DNA of 64,000 nt from Blastocystis sp. Blastoise. Lineage: Eukaryota > Protista > Bigyra: Opalinata. The stretch lies in contig JBBPEB010000015.1 of assembly GCA_039096225.1 (NCBI GenBank), forward strand, positions 1,364,001-1,428,000, in the 5' to 3' direction. Numbering within the stretch: the first letter of the stretch is position 1; every line of letters starts with the position of its first letter. The translations under genes were made by a program, and so were the position numbers. Of the stretch, positions 58,832-64,000 are shown in pieces. The notes under the pieces were generated by a model. It was not told the origin of the DNA. It was given only the letters and a program-made list of their open reading frames with translations, and did no database searches.

Positions 58832-61800
58832 ATGAGACAATTCATTAGTCTTATTAGTATTCTAGGACTGATATCTTTAGGTATATTTGTGATATATTAT
58901 TGATTTTAACTAATAATCAATATAGTTCAATCAGAATGCACTGCTCCTAGCTTGCCTTTTGTTCTTCGAAGAATATTTTATTCTTATGCTTATGAAGAAT
59001 CATGGAAAATCTTTCAAGGTACTGATATAACTGGAACTCTTGTCCATGAAGGAGCTGGTACTACTTCTGATGATTATGTTTCCAAAGATTATGATGTCTG
59101 TCTTCAATTAGATACCATCTATACTCTTGCTATGTACGACAGGTATGTAATTTTTATTATATAAAAATGATTTTTTTTGTAATATTACTAATATAAAAAA
59201 ATCGAGTAATTATAATAATTATATAACAAATTTAGTTATGGTGATGGATGGTATGATGGTGTTTATCTCTCCATTAATTATAACGATATTACATTCTTAA
59301 CGACAACACTCAATAATGGTGAGACTGCTGCTAATGTTCCGAAATTACAACAATTCACGTGTATAGATTATTACTCTTGATATAATTATATATATAATGA
59401 TTTTCTTTCATAGTTAAATAACAAATTTTATAATATTCTATATAGTGAAAATGGCTGTTGCTCCTGGTACTACTTGGAAAACTTCAACTACTGCTCAAAC
59501 TGGTACTTCTTGGACTCAACTATCATTTACTGATACTACTTGGACATCTCATGCTCATGGTTCTTTCCCTTCTATTTCTACTACTACTCGTTATTATAGA
59601 TATACTACTACTCTTGTTGATACTGCTGCTTATGCTCTTCGTCTTAGTGTAAAAACAAATTCTGGTTTTATTGTCTATGTTAATGGTATTGAAGCTTCTC
59701 GTGTTGGTTTACCTGCGTATGTATTTTTTTTTTATTTATATACAACATATATATTATTTCATTCTATTTGTTTCTCTTTATATATAAAAATAATAACAAT
59801 ATATTATTATATATAGTGTATCTAATTCTAATACTGCTTCTTTAACTTCTGAAACTGATGCTACTTGGAAGATGTAAATATTTATTTTATATTTTTATTC
59901 ATTTTTTTATCTATTATATATAATTATATATGTTTATTATACTATATATAGAGTTGCTATTCCTCTTTCTGTATATATTACATCAGGTACTGATTTTACT
60001 ATTGCAATTGAAGTTCACTCTCATTCTTCTCAATTAACTACTGCTGATGTATTTGATGCTTATGCAACTACAGTTTCTTCTATTGGTATATTATTATTAA
60101 CATAGTTATGTTTTTAATCATATTTTTATTATATGGTTAGTCTCATAATATATTATAAAATCATATTATTTAATTAATTGTTTGTTCTAGATGGTGAAGT
60201 TATTCTTTTTGGTGCTACTGCTACTTGTTCTGTTGAAAGTTCCAATACAAATGATATCTGTAGTAATGTTGTTGATTATTCTGATGACACAAAGTACACT
60301 TTCCCAGGTAACACTGGTACTATAACTATTGCTCTTCCTAATGGATCTAAAATCTGGTTTAATGCTTATCAAATCACTTTTGCTCATGATCATTATAAAA
60401 GAGATCCAAAAGAATGGAAACTCTATGGTTCTGAAGATGATGGTGTTACTTGGATATTCTTAGATTATATTCCTGAATTTTTTCGCAGTTCTACAAATAC
60501 TAGATATAATACATTTAATATTCCTTCGAATAGAAAATCTTTTAATCAAATCAAACTTGATATCTTATCTAATTATAATGGTGATAGTTATACTCAATTA
60601 GCTGAAATTCGTACTTTTGTGAATAGTCAACCTCTTGTTGATCCTGGTCTGCAATATGCTTCTAATACTATTAATACCTATACTTATATATATGTATCTG
60701 TTACACCTATATCTACTGGTATACATACTTTTACTGTCACTCCTGATTTACCTACTGGATTAGCTCTTAATCCTGATACTGGAGTTATTTCTGGTTGCTT
60801 AGATTTTGCTGTAACAAGTCAAGAATATGTTATCAGTGCTATTGATGCTGCTACTAATGCTGCTACTAGTTTTACTATGACTATCACGGCCATTGTTTGT
60901 GAACAACCTACTATGGCTCAAGTTATGATTTATAGATCATACTATTCTTCTAAAAACAACGAACGCGCGATTGTTTATTATGAGGATAATACTCAAATCG
61001 GTACTGTTCCTGAATATCATGGACATGAAAGTGATGGATTGAATGGATGCCTAGTTGCTGGTCGTTGGAAATTTGTTCTTTTTTCCGATAATAATAAAGG
61101 CTGGGAAAAAGGTAACTATGTTCGAGTTTATCTAATATATGATTCTTATAAGTGGTTTACAATTGCTGAACTTTATTTACATTCTGGTACTACTGCTACT
61201 TATTATGTAAATACTCGTCTTGATCTTGCTCCGAGATCTGGTTGGAAATATCTTGCTGCTTCTGCCATTGATCCTAATTGGTATTCTACGACCTTCTCTG
61301 ATTCTACTTGGGATACTATTATTACTGATACTGTATCTAATATTGCTACTCGTATTGTTCTTCTTAGAAAATCTTTCACTATTATTTCTAAGACTAATAT
61401 GAAGGGTTGGGAATTTATGTTTATATCGAGGGCTGGTATTGTTATTTATGTAAATGGTAATGAAGTCTATAGATATAATTTAGCTGATGGTCCTATTACT
61501 ACTGATACTACAGCTACTGATGGTGATGACTATGAGTTTTGGACGAGTGTTTCTGGTAAACTTTCCACTCTTTCTAATGGTAATTCTGTTAATATTGCTG
61601 TTGCTCGTATTAATATTGATACTGAAACTTATGATTTAGTTTTCGATGGCCTTTTCCATTTAACAGCTGATTCGTCTTTTCAACAGGAGATGACAGCTCG
61701 TGATTTGTATACTACTAGTAATGATCTTGATGGTTATGCTGAAAATCTTTTTGATGGTGACATAAATACTCGATGGATTACTGAATTACATGATTCTATT

Positions 61801-64000
61801 ACTCCTCATTATTTTACTGTTACTTATTATTTTAATAGAGCTGAACTTTTTGATAAGTATTGTATTGTTTCTAGTTTTGATTCTCCTCAATATGATCCTG
61901 CAGATTGGGTTGTTTCGGGTTCTATGGATGGTACTACGTTTACTGATTTAAGTACTGTGTCTAATGCTTTTTGGAAAGATAGACTAGAAAGAAAATGTTT
62001 CTATATGCCTAATAATAATAAAGCTTATATTACATATAAATGGACTATTACTAAAGCTGCTGTTATTCAAGAAAATAATAGATATGCTGCTAGTGAAATT
62101 AAATTCTATTTAGAAGATATTGAATCAATTGTCATTCCTGATTTCCGTTTTACTACTTCTATTATAGTTGCTTATAAGGGAGTTACTGTTCCTACTCTTT
62201 TAGTTTCTTCTGAATATTATTATGATTTCACTATTTCTCCTGCTCTTCCTACTGGTATTACTATGGATTCTTCTAATGGTAACTTAAGTGGTATTCCTAC
62301 TCAACTTCAATCTACTACTACTTATACTATTAGTGCTAAGAATATTCACGGTATTGCTGTAACTACTACTATTACTTTCTCTGTTTCTATTTGTGCTGTT
62401 GCTAATACTGCTTTTATTCTTAAATTTGATTTTGAAGAAGATGCTGGAGAAGCTTCATGGACTCTTAAGGATGCTTCAGGTACTGTTATTGATACTAGAA
62501 CTACTTCTATTAATCACTCTACTCAATATTTCTCTTTCTGTAAACCTAAAGGTATTTATTCTCTTGTTTTATCGGATAGTATGAATGAGGGTTGGGGTTC
62601 TGGTTCTTATACTATCTTAGATATTGATAATAATGTTTATGTTACTGGAACTGTTGGTGCTGGGGAATCTCCTAAAACTGTTAATGTATATATTGATCAA
62701 GCTACTGGTTCTTCTACTTCTTGGAAATACTTAACTTTTGGTACTGATGTTCCTTCTGGATGGTATACTATTTCCTTCTCTGATACTGCTTGGTCTACTG
62801 GTATTTCTGGATCTTTCCCTGCTCTTACTGGTATTAGTCAATATTATAGAACTACTTTAAGTATTACTTCAATTGATGCTTCTTATGCTGGTTATGAGAT
62901 TGGTGTCAAAGGATATGCTGGTATTGCCGTTTATCTTAATGGTCAAGAAATTATAAGATCTAATCTTCCTTCTGGTACTCTTTCTTCATCTACGTTAGCC
63001 ACTTCTGAACTTTCTAATTGGATCTTCTTCAAGATTTCTATTAGTTTAATAATTAATATTCTTCTTAATGTTGGCAATAATGTATTAGCTGTTGAACTTC
63101 ATAAGAAAGATACTCTTCCTTCTATTAATGATTTCACTTATTTCACTTCTTTTATTCCTTCTGGTGAGTATAGAGTAACTGATGGTGTTGCTTGGTCTGA
63201 TATTGAAAAGACTGGTGATGAAGGTACTGATATGTTATTTGATAATAATGTAGATACTTCAGTTGTGAGTGGTCCACGATGTGTTGGTGCTATTTATCAA
63301 TATACTTTTAATAATGGTCGTAAAGAATTTATTAATCATTATAAGATTACGAATGGCAATACTTGTAATCAAAGAACTCCTTCTAGTTGGAGAATAGAAG
63401 GTTCTAACGATAATGGTATTACTTGGACATTATTAGATTATGAACACCAACAATTTTTTACCTCATATAAACAAACATTCTCTTATGATTTCTATGCTTC
63501 TCAACCTTATAATTCCTATCGATTTATTGCTACTGAATGTGATAATACTCCTCTTGATAGAAACACTTGTGGTGATGGATATTTTCAATTATCTGAATTT
63601 GGTTTATACATTAATAATAAAGCTGTTTCTTGTGTATCTGATGGTATATGGGGACCTGCTGTTGAAAGTGGTTATTCATTCCAAGAATGTCCTACGGGTA
63701 GTACAGGTATTCAAAGAAGATTATGTACTGCTGGTGTATTTGGTGAAATTCAACAACTTTGTAGTGTAGCTGCTCCTACTCGTCCATCTTATATTGGTTC
63801 TCCTTTTACTTATCACAAGAATATAATTGTATCTCTTTCTCCTATCCTATCGGATATTGAATCGACATATACTATTGATCCAGCTCTTCCTAATGGTCTT
63901 ACTATTAATGCTTCTACCGGTGTTATTTCTGGTACTCCTCTTGCTAATTCTGATATTACTACTTATACTATTACTGCTACTAATGCTGGTGGCTCTGTTT
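58832..64000 (+). CDS. Large secreted/surface protein, paralog of the gene at 1-6734 (He_PIG-like and galactose-binding-like domains); truncated by the window end
   Basis: Signal peptide MRQFISLISILGLISL. Small exons to ~60085, then an open exon from 60191 to the end with FTVTPDLPTGLALNPDTGVISG, FTISPALPTGITMDSSNGNLSGIP, YTIDPALPNGLTINASTGVISGTP and PSSWRIEGSNDNGITWTLLD. Confidence 0.85.

Overview
Very AT-rich, intron-rich eukaryotic (protist) DNA using the standard genetic code, with mostly GTAT... 5' splice sites. The large putative-Ig/galactose-binding-fold surface proteins resemble those of Blastocystis-like stramenopiles, which is inference only. Host genes lie at 1-29 kb (surface protein, S/N-rich coiled-coil protein, ESS2/DGCR14, RING-H2 ligase, C2HC-repeat/PH-like protein, GH31 alpha-glucosidase) and 53.7-64 kb (prohibitin with an intronic H/ACA snoRNA, DNAJC11, tRNA-Leu(CAA), a second surface protein). 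Between them is a ~21 kb transposon island: a decayed CGGBP1-like hAT element (32168-35123), then a non-autonomous Helitron A (35304-52964) into which an apparently intact autonomous relative, Helitron B (39283-50356), has inserted. The Helitron family is the most unusual part. (i) Its RepHel gene can be assembled as 17 exons (2088 aa) with all 16 introns in phase 1, including an N-terminal array of 12 in-frame micro-exons and a competing stop-containing terminal exon. (ii) A divergent, apparently spliced, antisense unit runs through a pyrimidine tract into a ~67-nt tRNA-like cloverleaf present in three covarying copies, followed by ~245-bp degenerate repeats. All coordinates were read by eye and no searches were run.
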